Assembly: GCA_951406725.2 (NCBI GenBank)
Contig: OX597824.1
Coordinates: 65,844,001-65,908,000, forward strand
Reading direction: 5' to 3'
DNA from: Octopus vulgaris
Taxonomy: Eukaryota
Length of the DNA stretch: 64,000 bases
The translations under genes and the position numbers were made by a program. Below the pieces are notes generated by a model. That model was not told the DNA's origin, searched no databases, and worked only from the letters and a program-made list of their open reading frames with translations. Shown here piece by piece: positions 41,023-58,559 of the stretch (within the stretch, counting starts at the first letter, position 1; each line of letters starts with the position of its first letter).

Positions 41023-44016
41023 AGGCAATCTCTCCCATTACGGAATCCATGCTGGTTGGGGTTCAGCATATTATGACTCTCAAGGAAGTGAGTCATACGC
41101 GCACCCTCTCAAATACCTTGATGATATGAGAGGTGAGTGAGATCGGACGGTAATTCACTGGCAAGCGACTTTGTTTCCCTTTTTGAAAACTGGGACAACA
41201 GACTGGGACAGAAGGTTTTTCTGGAATATATCCAGCATCCAATGAGTTCCGCCACAGATTAGCAAGGGGAGATGCAAGTTGGTTTTCGACACATCTTCAA
41301 GGACACAAGCAGGGAACCTATCGGGGCCTACTGCTGAATTATGCTTCATTTCCTTTATTGCTGCTAAGACATCAGGGGCACTAAACGTTATGTCCGATAA
41401 AGTGTATTGGGGAGTAACATCACTGATACAGCCCAGATCGGCCATATCAGGATTGCTGAAAACAGAGCAGTATTGTTTCTGCAATATTTCTCCCATGGTT
41501 TTGGCATTGTCTTGAAGAATACCATTTTCATCAATCAGAGGGCCAACAGTAGAACCAGTGACTCTGTGTTTTTTTGCAAATGAAAAGAACACTTTGGGGT
41601 TGAGTTTGATTTTTTCAATGGCCCACTTCTCCTCAGCTGATCTTTGGTTATTGATGAGGGACTTCATGCATTGTTGGAGGTTATATTTTTTGGATTCAAG
41701 CAGTGCGATAGCCGTCGAATGTGTGTGTTGCTGTTGGCAGTACTTTAGTTTGTTAATTTTTTTGTTTGTTCTTTTTATTTTTCTGATAATGGTTTTTCTG
41801 TTTTGGGGGATTCTGCACTTTTTTGTTCACAGGTCTTGGTGGGGAGTGTTTTGCACATATGTCTGTGACGGTGTCTACAAAGATCTGCCAAGATGTTTTA
41901 TGGTTGGTGGAGATGTGTGTATGTGTAAAGGACCAGTCAACATTTGATAGCTCGTTCCTGATTGCATCCCAGTTGGCTTTATGGAGATCCATGTTGTCAA
42001 ATGGGTGGGCTGGAGGAAGGTCACTAGGATTAGCTTTCGGCTGGTGGAATTTCATGTTACAGAGAACCATGTCATGGTCTGAAAGAAGGGTTTTTTCCAC
42101 TGTAACGTTATGTATAGTGTTAGTGTGGTTACTAAACACTAGGTCCAAAATGTTCTGATGTCTTGTTGGTGCAAGGACAAGTTGGGACAAGAAAAACTCA
42201 TTCGTAAAGTCGAAAAGTGACTCTGCTGCTTCTTTGTCAGCGGTTGAGGCGGGAGTGCTTGGTTTCAAACAGTTTGTAGTCCAGTCAACACAGGGTAGAT
42301 TGAAGTCTCCCATCATGAGTATGTTGCTAGAATGGCACTGTTGAATAAAGCACTTAATGCTGTTGAGGCATTCTTTAAAGCACAGTATGGGTGTTTGGGG
42401 CGGCCTATAGAGCCCAATTACTGTCAGATCATTGGCTTTGTTGTGCACAGTGACTGATTCACAGTAGCCGTTGGAGAATATACTATTTCCATCTGCCGTA
42501 AATGAATCATGCAGGAAAATGGCAGTTCCACCCTTCCTCCTGCCGATACGATCCGCGCGGATGGTTGTGAAATTCTTCACTCTCACTTCGGCTTCCAAGT
42601 GGGAGTTGTCAAGGTGGGTCTCAGTGAGAATGAAGAAAGGGATGTGGTGTGAATGGTTGCCAACCCAGTCTTCAATGAATTGGACCTTCCATTTTTGTGC
42701 ATTGATGGAAGGGCTGACACCTTGTGCATTGAGTAGGAATGTGAGGTTAGTGTAGTGGCTGGTTTTGACTGTTGCAGGGGGCTTGGATTTTTTGTGTGTG
42801 TTAGTGGCAGCAATGTGGGGAATTGGTGCACTGGGGGTAATAGCATAGGATGGTGTTGAGTGATGGCTAGAATGTTTTTGTGTATCTCTTTTGCCATGTT
42901 CAACATGGCTAAAAAATTTTCCTGCTTAGGGAGCAGTTTTTGGCTGGAGGTGTGGTTGCACTGTTGGATAGGGTTGTAGTTTCCACTTTTGTTGTTGTTG
43001 TTTTTGTGTCTTCCTGAAAAGACTGGACCAGCATTACTGCAGCATGGTGTGTTATATATTTTTATTGTTATTCAGGTTTGTGTGTTGGCTTGAGGCCCCG
43101 TTTCTGTTTGTATATATATATATGAGTGAAGGGACAGTCACTCAGTAGATATGTATATCTCACGTTGGGAATACCGGCAGATTTTGGGACTCCGAGTTGT
43201 GTGTGTTATATGATATATTCGATTTACTATTTGGTGGTGTTGATGTATATATATATGCGTGCTATTGGCCTTGGCCAGTAGTGCGTCTAGTGCCAGGTAG
43301 ATGCGTGAAGATGCAGTACTATATATATGCAGAGTCTCTGGCGCAGTGATATAGCGGCATATTTGGGGATTTCTTGTTTGTATACATTCTGCTTCCTATG
43401 TTTCTTTAAGTATATATATATATACTGCAGTAGTATTGAGGTGGTGATGTATATAGGGCAGTGGTTTCATTATATATATATTTTGTATATATATATATAT
43501 ATATATATAGAAGACGATGGTGGCAGCGGTGGTATGATGATGATGATATATTGTGGTGGTTGCTGTGAGAGCGGTGAAAAGATACTGGCATATATAGTGA
43601 TATCGTCTAGTAAGCTAGAGTTGAGGAGTGGCTGTTGTATATATATTGTTGCAGTGGCTGTTGTTGTTGTTGTTGTGCCTGACCGATGACAGGGTCAGCC
43701 ATTGTGTTGGGAACCAGGAGTGGCTCATTCTGTTGTTGTTGTTGTTGTGGCTGCTGATTTTCTAGCTGTTGTTGTTCTTGAACTGTGAAAATATGTAGAA
43801 GCTTTTCATAATGGCCTCTTATCAGTATATGAAAGATACTTCGATATGTTTCAACTTGCTATATATCTGTTTGACGGATCGTGTGTTGACCACTTGTGAT
43901 GTTTTTTCGGCAATCTCATTCAAACACAAGACATTTAGATTTTCTGTTTGGGAAAGAGAGAGCCATGTGTTTATTAAAACATCAATTTCGTTATAGACCA
44001 ATTTCGTCTGTTGCAT
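41023..44016 (-). mobile_element. CR1-like LINE (different subfamily): ORF1 region, APE, start of RT
   Basis: ORF 41753-42598 RADRIGRRKGGTAIFL...YRPP...MGDFNLP...PTRHQNILDLVF...SDH. ORF 41155-41667 NPKVFFSFAK...SAVGPD. At 41023-41150 YRPISLTSHIIKVFERV...QHGFR. The ORF1 extent is approximate. Confidence 0.88.
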
Positions 44017-44024
44017 AAGTTAGT

Positions 44025-44848
<824 letters not shown>

Positions 44849-45294
44849 TAAAATCTCTTGGAACCTTGTTTAGACTCTTTCAGCTATTTCATAACTATTA
44901 TTATCCTATTGTTTCTTTATATACTCACTTGGTACTACTGTTTATATATGTACGTGTGCACACATGTGTATATGTGTGTATGTGTATGTATGTATACGCG
45001 TGTGTGTGTGTGTACAAATAGCTTCGCTTAGAATTCTCCCCTTACTCTCTCTATTCTGTCTGTCTCTTCAGTTTCTCTCACTCACGCTTCTCCTTGTCTC
45101 TTCATAGCTCTCATTCTATCTTAGACTCCCCTCTTTCAAATATATAAATTCTCTCTATATTTCTTTCCTTCTCTCCCTATCTCTTCAGTTTCTCTCCCGG
45201 CTGCTCCTTGTCTCTCCATTACTCTCTTCTATCTCTTCAGTTTCTCTCCCGCTTCTCCTTGTCTCTCCATTTCTCTCTTCTAACTTACTCTCCT

Positions 45295-45570
45295 CTCTCG
45301 GATACATATAAGGACATAGACGCTTTCTCTCTCTTCCTTCGCTCTCGGTCTCAATCCTCTTCCTCAGTTCTCACCATCTACTCTCGGCTCCCAATTTCTC
45401 CTTAAGTACATAGACACTACCCCTTTCTCTTCATATGCTCTTCTCTCGGATACATATAAGGACATAGACGCTTTCTCTCTCTTCCTTCAGCTCTCAGTCT
45501 CTCCTCTTCCTCTTCTCTCTTACTCTCGGCTCCCAATTTCTCCTTAAGTACATAGACGCTCCCTTTCTCT
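45295..45570 (+). repeat. Two ~148-bp tandem units in the putative LINE 5' UTR
   Basis: CTCTCGGATACATATAAGGACATAGACGCTTTC...CTCCTTAAGTACATAGAC present twice. Confidence 0.85.
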
Positions 45571-46719
45571 ACTTTCTCCTACCCCCTATTGCACTATTAG
45601 ATTAATATAAATTAATATAATATAGGATACCTAATATAATTCCGCCCTTCCTCACAATCACAATCTCTTCCTCTCTCCTCCCTTCTCCCCTATATTCCCC
45701 TCCAGCTTCTCTCTGGACCCCCGCTACCCCAACGGAATGGACAACATGCAAAAATTAGAGGTGAATGCAAACACTGGCGTCAACAAAATTAGCGTAACTC
45801 AGGACGAAAGTAGAGCTGGAAGTTTTCATACAGAGGATGGAGCTCGGCCGACAGATTTCTGCAGCAAAACATAGCGGCGACCTGAAAAGCCATGGCTTTA
45901 AGTACCCCGGACGTTGGCGCAAGTAGAGAGGAAGAAAAGAAGTCGAAAGGGCCTACACTCTCATTGCACCACACATGGCTTTGCTAAGCCAAGTCCTCAT
46001 GGTGGACAAAGACAAAGAGAGAGACGATGGAAACAGGAAACACCAACCACAGAGTGTCAAAAAATGACACGCAATCCACTGCCACGGAGTGGTTGGCGAA
46101 GAAGGCAAGCAGGGCAAACTCTGCCAGATTCAGATAGGCGGCGATGGGGAAACAGAAAATAACCCAGACCCGGATGAAAAGACCTAGCCCGTGCAGAAAG
46201 GAACCAGTGGACAACCGTATATATATATACGGAGGATATATATATATATACATATATAACTGGGGACATATATATATACCCAGATATACATATATATATA
46301 TATATATCCGGATATGGATACCTATGGCATGTATATATACAGGGGAAGGATGTATATATATCCCAGGCCCTATGGATATATATGCATCAAACCCACTCGA
46401 CCAAAATGCCTAACCAAAACCAGAACAAATACAAGCTGTATATATATATGCAGACATAGTGCGTATATGCCCCAACAAGGAGAAGGCGCACATATATGCA
46501 GAGGATATATGCAGACGGCGGCATATAGATATATAAGATATATATATATGTGGAATATGGCAGATATATATATTGTGGGACAACTGGCCTGGATACATCG
46601 TCTTCAGAGCCAGGGGCACTCACAACAGCACTCAAGACCACCACAATCAAGGGACCCAGGGTGGCCACCGCTGACGCCGGCCCAGGTGCCACACCGTCAG
46701 CCTTTATTGACACCCCGGG

Positions 46720-49690
46720 TGTCTCACCAGTGCTTCTGCTGAATGTCAGAGGTGTGGTGAAACCCACTAATATGGGTAAAATTCCTTACCTTAGGGACTT
46801 GAGCACAAGCAACCATGCAATATGCATAGCGCTGACTGAAACGCACCTGTCAAGCAGTATAGCAGATGCAGAAATACACATACCGAAGTATACTGTTTTT
46901 CGGTCAGACAGGAAGGAAAGAACTCATGGTGGGGTTGCCCTGTACGTCCGTGAAGATGTCACACCCATAGTACTGTTGACACACTCAAACTCAGTCTGTG
47001 ACACACTGATAGTACACATGAAACAACCGAAAATAGTAATATGTGTCACATATCGGCCACCAGACACCCCTAGTCATGAAGGAGTGTTTGAAGATAGCCT
47101 CAGAAGAATAGAAGAAGTCCTGGACAAACTGGACCAGGGTAACACCATTCTACTGCTGGGAGATTTTAACCTTCCGAAAGTCAAATGGCCAGATGGCCAT
47201 CTCCTCCCTGGAATGACATCACTTGAACAGAGACAGACAGAGTCCTTGTTGGCTCTCACACGCAAGTTTTTCATGGAGCAAGCAGTGCTTTGGCCAACAA
47301 GAGGTGAGAATGTCTTGGACCTCTGTTTCACAAGCAACCCGATGCTCATCCACAACATAATGGTAACACCAACAATTCTCTCAGATCACAACTTAGTAGA
47401 GGTAATGATATATGGTATGAGAGAGTTAGTTGAGACGCAGCCATTAGAAAATACCACAGGCCTATCCAGTCTAAACTTCCATAAGGCAAACTGGAAGAAG
47501 ATCAACGAAGAGATCCGAAAACATGACTGGAGTGACTTCATCACCACACAAGAGACCAACACACATTTCCAACATTTCATGACAACAATACAGAACATAT
47601 GCCATAAGTTTGTCCCGGAGAAAAAAGCCAGCGGGCATAGGAACGTTATTCCCAGAGACAGGAAAATACTTATGAGGCGAAGAGCTAAGCTCTCGAAGCA
47701 ACTGAATGCACGGCAGAGAAACAATGAGGGACTCCACCTGAAACTTTTTGAAACGGAAACTGCACTCACACTTTCCTATGAGAAGGAGAGGGCAGAGAGA
47801 GAAGCCAGGGCTTCATAGAGAATATTAAAACAAACCCTAAAGCTTTCTTTAAATTTGCGAAAGAAACCACCTCGGTACACTGCAAGATTGGCCCACTCTT
47901 TGATAAAAAAGGGCTCTCTAACTGAGGACCCCCAAGGGATAAGTGAAATACTAAAGGAACAGTATAAAAGTGTGTTCACATCCCCTCTGGGGCACATGCA
48001 AATCACAAACCCAGAAGTTTTCTTTGATGCCACAACACTCCAAAACCAAACAACAACCATCGACCACATAGACATAACAGAGAGGGATGTAATATCTGCC
48101 ATAGAAGAAATGAGAATAAACTCAGCTGCTGGACCAGATGGATTCCTCAGCAGTCCTCCTAAAAACATGCAGGCATGCCCTAGCGGGACCACTGAAGATG
48201 CTCTTCAGTGGTTCCTTGGCTAACGGTAAACTGCCCAGGGCGCTAAAAGAAGGCACCATATGCCCTATCCACAAAGGAGGGAGTAGAGCAGAGGCCAAAA
48301 ACTACAGGCCAGTCTCCCTGACGTCACACATAAGTAAGGTCATGGAACGAATCATCAGAAAAAAACTGATCACGTTCCTCGAAGAAATCTAACCGTCTCA
48401 CTGACACACAGCATGGCTTTCGCCCAGGAAGAAGCTGCCTTACGCAGCTGTTACAACACTACGACTGGGTACTGAAACAACTACTGGATCGCTCACAGGT
48501 GGATGTGGTATATCTCGACTTTGCGAAGGCCTTTGACAAAGTCGACCACGGAGTGATATGTCACAAATTACTCAGACTCGGCATAACAGGAAAAGTAGGT
48601 GAGTGGATACATGACTTCCTGAAGGACAGAAGCCAGATGGTTGCAGCCAATGGAGCCCTCTCGGGAAAGACACCAATAGCAAGCGGGGTGCCACAGGGCA
48701 CAGTCTTGGGACCCTTGCTGTTTTTGGTGGCGCTCTCTGACATGCCCTTGGTAGCACAAACAACATCCCTCACTAGCTATGCTGATGACACAAAGGTAGT
48801 ACAGGCAATCAAAAACCCAGCTGATGCTGACCTTTTACAACAAGATCTGGATGCCATATACAAATGGGCTGAAGACAACAACATGCAATTTAATGCTGGT
48901 AAATTTCAAGCCTTACAATATCAAGCTGTAAACACATATACATTACAACACAACTATACTGGTCCAGGAGGGATCGAAATCCCAGTATCGAAATCAATAC
49001 GGGACCCTGGGGATAGACATGAGTGACGATGCATCTTTTTCTTCACACATCGCGAAGGTGGCGACAATGTGCAGACGACTCACTGGCTGGATCCTGAGGA
49101 CATTCCGGACAAGAGACTGCGAGACCATGTTGACACTATGGAGGACATTTGTCCTAAGCCGCCTGGACTACTGCTCCCAACTGTGGTCACCGCATAGTGT
49201 CAAACTAACCACAGAGCTTGAGACAATCCAAAGACATTTCACCAAGAGGATTTCCACCATGAAAGAAAAGAACTATTGGGAGAGGCTTAGGGAACTCAAT
49301 TTGTACTCCTTGGAACGAAGACGAGAGAGATATGCAGTGATATACATATGGAAAATCCTGGAGGGACTAGCACCAAATTTTGGAATTGAGAGCTGTTCCA
49401 ATCCCCGTACAGGACGTCACTGTGTGGTGCCAAAGGTCCCGTCTTCCACATCCAGGGTAAGGAGCAGATACTGTAATAGCCTGGGGTTCAGGGGCCCTCA
49501 GCTGTTCAACAAACTGCCAAGAAAACTAAGAGATCTACATGATGCGGATGTGGACATTTTCAAAAAACATCTAGACAAGCTGCTTTCCGGGATCCCAGAT
49601 GAACCCACTGCAAGGTACGAAGGTAACCTAAGGGCAGCAGCTACAAACTCTCTCTTAGATCAGTGGCCAGCCACGGCAAACTGGACTTAG
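46720..49690 (+). pseudogene. LINE APE endonuclease / reverse transcriptase ORF, broken by several frameshifts
   Basis: LLLNVRG...TETHL...GDFN...SDH; YRPVSLTSHISKVMERI; YLDFAKAFDKVDH; GVPQGTVLGPLLF; YADDTK; ends TAG at 49690. Confidence 0.93.
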
Positions 49691-49775
49691 AGAGGGTAGC
49701 AACAAGGGCGGTGCCCCAGCATGGCCTCAGCCGGATGGCTGAAACAAGTAAAAGAGTAAAAGAGTAAAAGAGTAA

Positions 49776-53237
<3,462 letters not shown>

Positions 53238-53860
53238 TGGCCCCTACCTGGGACGTTGTCTGTCCACCTGTGCATACCTTCCTTCTTGTGACACTTGTGA
53301 AGACCTGTTGAGGCAAGTGAAAATCGAATGAAATGAAATCAAATCAATCAAATGAAATGAAATCAAATCAAACCAAATCAAAATAGATGAACATCAATGG
53401 AATTTGTATCCTTGTGGTACCAGTGCCGGTGGCATATAAAAAAACCATCCGAGCATGACCGTAGCCAATACCGCATCGACTGGCCTCCGTGCTGAGGGCA
53501 CGTAACAAACTCCATCCGAGCGTGGCCGTTAGCCAGCCTCGTCTTGCACCTGTGTCCGTGGCACATAAAAACACCATCCGAGCGTGGCCGTCTGCCGGCC
53601 TCGTCTGGCACCTGTGTCGGTGGCACATAAAAACACCATCCGAGCGTGGCCGTCTGCCAACCTCGCCTGGCACCTGTGTCGGTGGCACATAAAATCACCC
53701 ACTACACTCTCGGAGTGGGTGGCGTTAGGAAGGGCATCCAGCTGTAGAAACACTGCCAGATCTGACTGGCCTGGTGCAGCCTTCGAGCTTGCCAGACCCC
53801 AGTTGAACCATCCAACCCATGCTAGCATGGAAAGCGGACGTTAAACGATGATGATGATGA
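53238..53860 (+). mobile_element. RTE-associated 3' region/SINE with 62-bp minisatellite and (GAT)n tail
   Basis: Units CCATCCGAGCGTGGCCGT...GGCACATAAAAACA start at 53512, 53574 and 53636. Tail GGACGTTAAACGATGATGATG. Confidence 0.85.
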
Positions 53861-53861
53861 T

Positions 53862-54069
53862 TATATGTATATATAATATGTATAATATGATGATTATATG
53901 TATACATATATGTATGTATGTATATATATATGTATGTATGCATATATTTATGTATGTATATATATGTATGTATGCATATATTTATGTACGTATATGTATG
54001 TATAATTATGTATATATATGTATGCATATATTTATGTATGTATATATATATGTATGTATGTATGTATAC

Positions 54070-54105
<36 letters not shown>

Positions 54106-54194
54106 GTATATGTATATATATGTATGTATATATATGTGTATGTATATATATGTATGTATGTATGTATATATATGTGTATGTATATATATGTATG

Positions 54195-54225
<31 letters not shown>

Positions 54226-54383
54226 GTGTATGTATATATATGTATATGTATATATATGTATATGTATATGTATGTATGTATATATATATATATACATACA
54301 TATATAGTATATATATGTGTATGTATATATATGTATATGTATATATATGTATGTATATATATGTATATGTATATATATGTATG

Positions 54384-54414
<31 letters not shown>

Positions 54415-54677
54415 GTATATGTATATGTATATGTATGTATATATATATATGTATGTATATATATATATGTATGTATGTATATATATATATGTATGTATAT
54501 ATATATATGTATGTATATATATATATATGTATGTATATATATATGTATGTATATATATATATATGTATGTATATATATATGTATGTATATATATATATGT
54601 ATGTATATATATATATATGTATGTATATATATATGTATGTATATATATATATGTATGTATATATATATATATGTATG

Positions 54678-54710
<33 letters not shown>

Positions 54711-55016
54711 GTATGTATATATATATATGTATGTATATATATGTGTATGTATATATATATGTATGTATATATATATATATGTATGTATATATATGTGTAT
54801 GTATATATATGTGTATGTATATATATATATATGTATGTATATATATATGTATGTATATATATATGTATGTATATATATATATATATATGTGTATATATAT
54901 GTATATATATATATATGTATGTATATATATATATATATGTATGTATATATATATATGTATGTATATATATATATATGTATGTATATATATATATATGTAT
55001 GTATATATATATGTAT

Positions 55017-55050
<34 letters not shown>

Positions 55051-55103
55051 GTATGTATATATGTATGTATGTATGTATATGTATGTATATGTATTTATAT
55101 ATA
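53862..55103. repeat. (TATG)n/(TA)n microsatellite tract
   Basis: Directly visible. Confidence 0.95.
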
Positions 55104-55104
55104 A

Positions 55105-55560
55105 TGAAGCTTTCATCAGAGATGTCTCAGACACAGTCTCAATGTTGGCTGGACCTCAAAAATTCCAGACACACAGGTCCTGAGGACAGCTGATATCTTG
55201 AGTATTGAGGTGATGGCGCACAAGCACCGGTTGTGTTGGACTGGACACCTTATTAGAATGAAGGATAGAAGGATTCCTATGCAGATGCTCTATGGAGAAC
55301 TTGTGAATGGAAGGAGACTCCTGCAGAAACCAAGGCTGCGATTTAAGGACAGTGTCAAGTCCTCATTAAAGGCCTGTGATATGCAGGATACTGACTGGGA
55401 GAACAATGCCTGTCATTGCCACAGATGGAGGAAGCAGGTTAAGGAGGGGATCGACATTTTTGAGAGAGCACGTATCAGCATGAAGGACTTAAGCGAGCTG
55501 CGCGAAAGCGCACAACTCGTATAGTGAATGGGTAAAGCTTGGTCTGCAATGTTTGCAGTT
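55105..55560 (+). mobile_element. RTE-clade LINE fragment (C-terminus)
   Basis: HRLCWTGHLIRMKDRRIPMQMLYGELVNGRRLLQKPRLRFKDSVKSSLKAC...WE..A.....WR. Confidence 0.85.
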
Positions 55561-55879
55561 GTTCAGAGATTTATTATTGCTTGTGTACACTTTTTCAAGA
55601 TCAGTAACGGAAAGTTACTGGAAAAAGGATATAAATATTTGCATTGGGAACTCCTTTCATTGAAAACCGGTGATTGTCATACGCTGATGATGGGTCAATA
55701 CCCAGAAACTGCAGTCTGTGCATATCACTTAGGTTGATGAGGGAAGGATGACCTCCCTTTGCAAATACTGATAGGGCACAGAAAGTGTGCCTATAGCCAG
55801 CTGGAGGAGATGTTCTCCTGGGGCTATAAGCTACAGTAACACCCACCCTTAGTGGTTAGCCATATTGAGATGGCAAATA

Positions 55880-57250
55880 TACCTGGTCCACAGGGAATTT
55901 CAATCCCAGCTTGACTCCTATCTTTCAGAAAGTCATGTAACCACTCTCCAAGTTTTCCAACAAGTTTTCCAGCTATGCCAAGATCACACAGTTTGTGGCA
56001 TATTATACCATGATCCACCCTGTCAAAAGCTTTTGCAAAATCAAGGTATATTACGTCCACATTTGAGTTGCTGAGTAACTGCCTCACCACCCAGTCATAA
56101 TGTTATACGAGCTGGGTCAGGCAGCTCCTACGTGGTCGAAAGCCATGCTGGGTATCACTCAGCAAGTTATTTTCTTCAAGGAATGCGATTAATTTCCCTC
56201 TGACTATCCGTTCCATGACTTTGCTGATGTGTGAAGTCAGAGAGATAGGCCTATAGTTTTTGGTATCTGCTCTGCTTCCCCCTTTATGGATTGGGCCTAT
56301 TATTCCCTCCTTCAGTTTGCTTGCCTGTTTGCCATTTGCAAGAAAACTCTGGAAGAGAATATGGAGGGGTTTTGCCAGGGCATGCTTACATTTGTATATT
56401 TGAGGAGGATTGCTTAGAAACCATCAGGACCAGCAGTTGGGTTTGTGTCCACTTCATCTATGGCTAGTAGTATATCTTCTTCGCTATTGTCAATGTATTC
56501 CATTGTAGCTGCCTCGCTGGTTATAGGTGAGGCGGCAAAGATGTCCACTGGTTCGTTCACTTGTCTGTGTTCCAATGGGGTGGTAAAAACACTTTTGAAC
56601 TGGTCATTCAGTATCTCACTGATCTCAGTTGGACTGTCTGTGTGGGAGCAATTCTTTTGGAGGAGGGGTCCTATCTTGCAGTGTACTGAGGCTGTTTCTT
56701 TCTTGTAATCAAAGAAGGCCTTTGGGCTTGACTTAATGTTTTTTATAACCTAGGCTTCTTTATGTGCTTTTTCCCTCACACAGGATTCTTGCAGCCTTTT
56801 TTCGATCTCCATCAGTGTTGTTTTTAGGCGGGACCTTTCGTTACTTTTGGGATGTTTGTTGAGTCGATTTGCAACCTTTGTCCATCGTCTTATGAGGATC
56901 TTTCTCTCCTTTGGAATCTTGTTCCTATTTGTTTTGGCCTTGTGCTCGGGCACATATTTCTGGCATATGGCTTGCACAGCAGACATTTCGGCCAGTCCTC
57001 TGTGAGGATCTCTTTTTGGATCGATTTCCAGTCTGCTTTGTGGAAGTTCAGATTGGAGAGATTTCAGGTGCTTCCTTTAGGCTGTATGTCTCTGGTTACT
57101 TTCAGCCCAAACATAGACAGCTCTATTATGTTGTGATCCGAGACTAATGTCGGCATCACTTTCACATCATGAATGACGTCCATATTGTTTGTGAAGCAGA
57201 GATCCAGAATGTTATTTGCCCTAGTTGGTCTGAGTACAGCTTGCTCCATG
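55880..57250 (-). mobile_element. CR1-like LINE fragment, same family as 46720-49690, with internal deletions
   Basis: MEQAVLRPTRANNILDLCFTNN...SDH; NKIPKERKILIRR; VDVIYLDFAKAFDRVDHGIICHKL. Confidence 0.9.
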
Positions 57251-58559
57251 ATCACTTCTGATATAACCACCATCATCAATATCAACTACAACACTGCTCA
57301 TATCATTGTTATCTAACATTTTCAAAATATTATTACTATTAACACAACAATCATAGCAAATGATGTTACCAATATTGCCATTCACCAACAATACCATTAC
57401 TAGTAATATCCTCAATAATATCAGCAGCAACATTATAGCTGCCAGATCTCCCTCAAATCTCAACTGACTTTCTTTTCTAAAAAATACCTGATGCATTGGA
57501 TGATGTAGTCTTGGCTACAGTGTTCAATTAAAAGATCAGGTGGTCACAGCTCGCAAGTTGGCTTGCCAGGAATTCATTACTTTAGATGTTATCTCTATAA
57601 ATATTACCTAACTGCTACAGTTTACTGTGGTGAAATGCTTCTTATTCCATGGTACCTTATTTACAGTTAGATGGACTGAGCTATTGTAGAATTACGTCTC
57701 ATGATCATGGCTACAGCTTGGACAGGATATAATTCTTTTGGAGCACTTGATTGTTTATTGGCTATCCTGCTGATTCATTCAGCTGTGCTATCACGTGAAT
57801 TTAGACAGGATATTCAATCTTACACTTACATACCTCAATTCTATTGGTCATCATTTTGAAAGTATTACTTGCAATAGACTGGCAACCTATCCAAATGGAG
57901 ATTTAACTTGCATTTGCTTAATGTCCTGAAACTAGAATTAAGCACACAACCTAATGTAACGTAAAGAAGTCATTATTACTACTAACACTGACTGCTATAA
58001 TGACAAACAGCAATGATATTATTACCAACACCATCACCATCATCACTATTACTGTTACACTCAGTGTAAATCCTTAACACTTACTAGTGAATATTTTCAA
58101 CATTCTCGTGGGGGAGCCTCAGAAAAATTACTTCGTCTGGTAGAAATAGCTCCTACTTTTCCCTCAGGTTACACCTGACTTCTAAAAGGGGAAAAATGTA
58201 TGACACATTAGACAATGTATTATTAGACACACTGATTACAAATGGGATGGTTATTGCTGGAATGTCTTTGATTATAAAAATTCCTTGATCATTGTTCACC
58301 TGGAGCTAATTAACAACATAAAATCATATCAGTAGTAACAACAGCAGCAGCAGCACCACCACCACTACTGATGTCATCATCATTACCAGTGTCACCACTA
58401 CTATCAAGTGTCATCACTTGTCTTCAACAGTTCAGTCTGTCATCTAATATCCAGTTTTCTATATTTCACAGAATCAATTGACCCAAGGTTAACAACTTTT
58501 CCAATTACTTTCCAGATGTAATAAAAGTTTTATTTTATTTTTATACAAAAATGTACAAA

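Larger units (their letters stand above)
44850..49775 (+). mobile_element. Near full-length CR1-like non-LTR retrotransposon
   Basis: Pyrimidine-rich putative 5' UTR, ORF1-like region from ATG 45737, APE + RT, 3' stem-loop and (GTAAAAGA)n tail. (TA)n on both sides. The 5' boundary is uncertain. Confidence 0.9.

Noticed and set aside
39463-44016. A single inverted or fused LINE spanning the gap
   Set aside because: The two sides belong to different subfamilies, both contain the APE-linker region, and adjacency across the Ns is unverified.
46550-49690. Programmed frameshifting to express the LINE ORF
   Set aside because: Many scattered indels with no evident slippery-site pattern; decay or sequencing error is the simpler explanation.
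53445-53700. 62-bp repeats as a CRISPR array
   Set aside because: Head-to-tail units with no unique spacers, inside a eukaryotic retroelement tail, and no cas genes.
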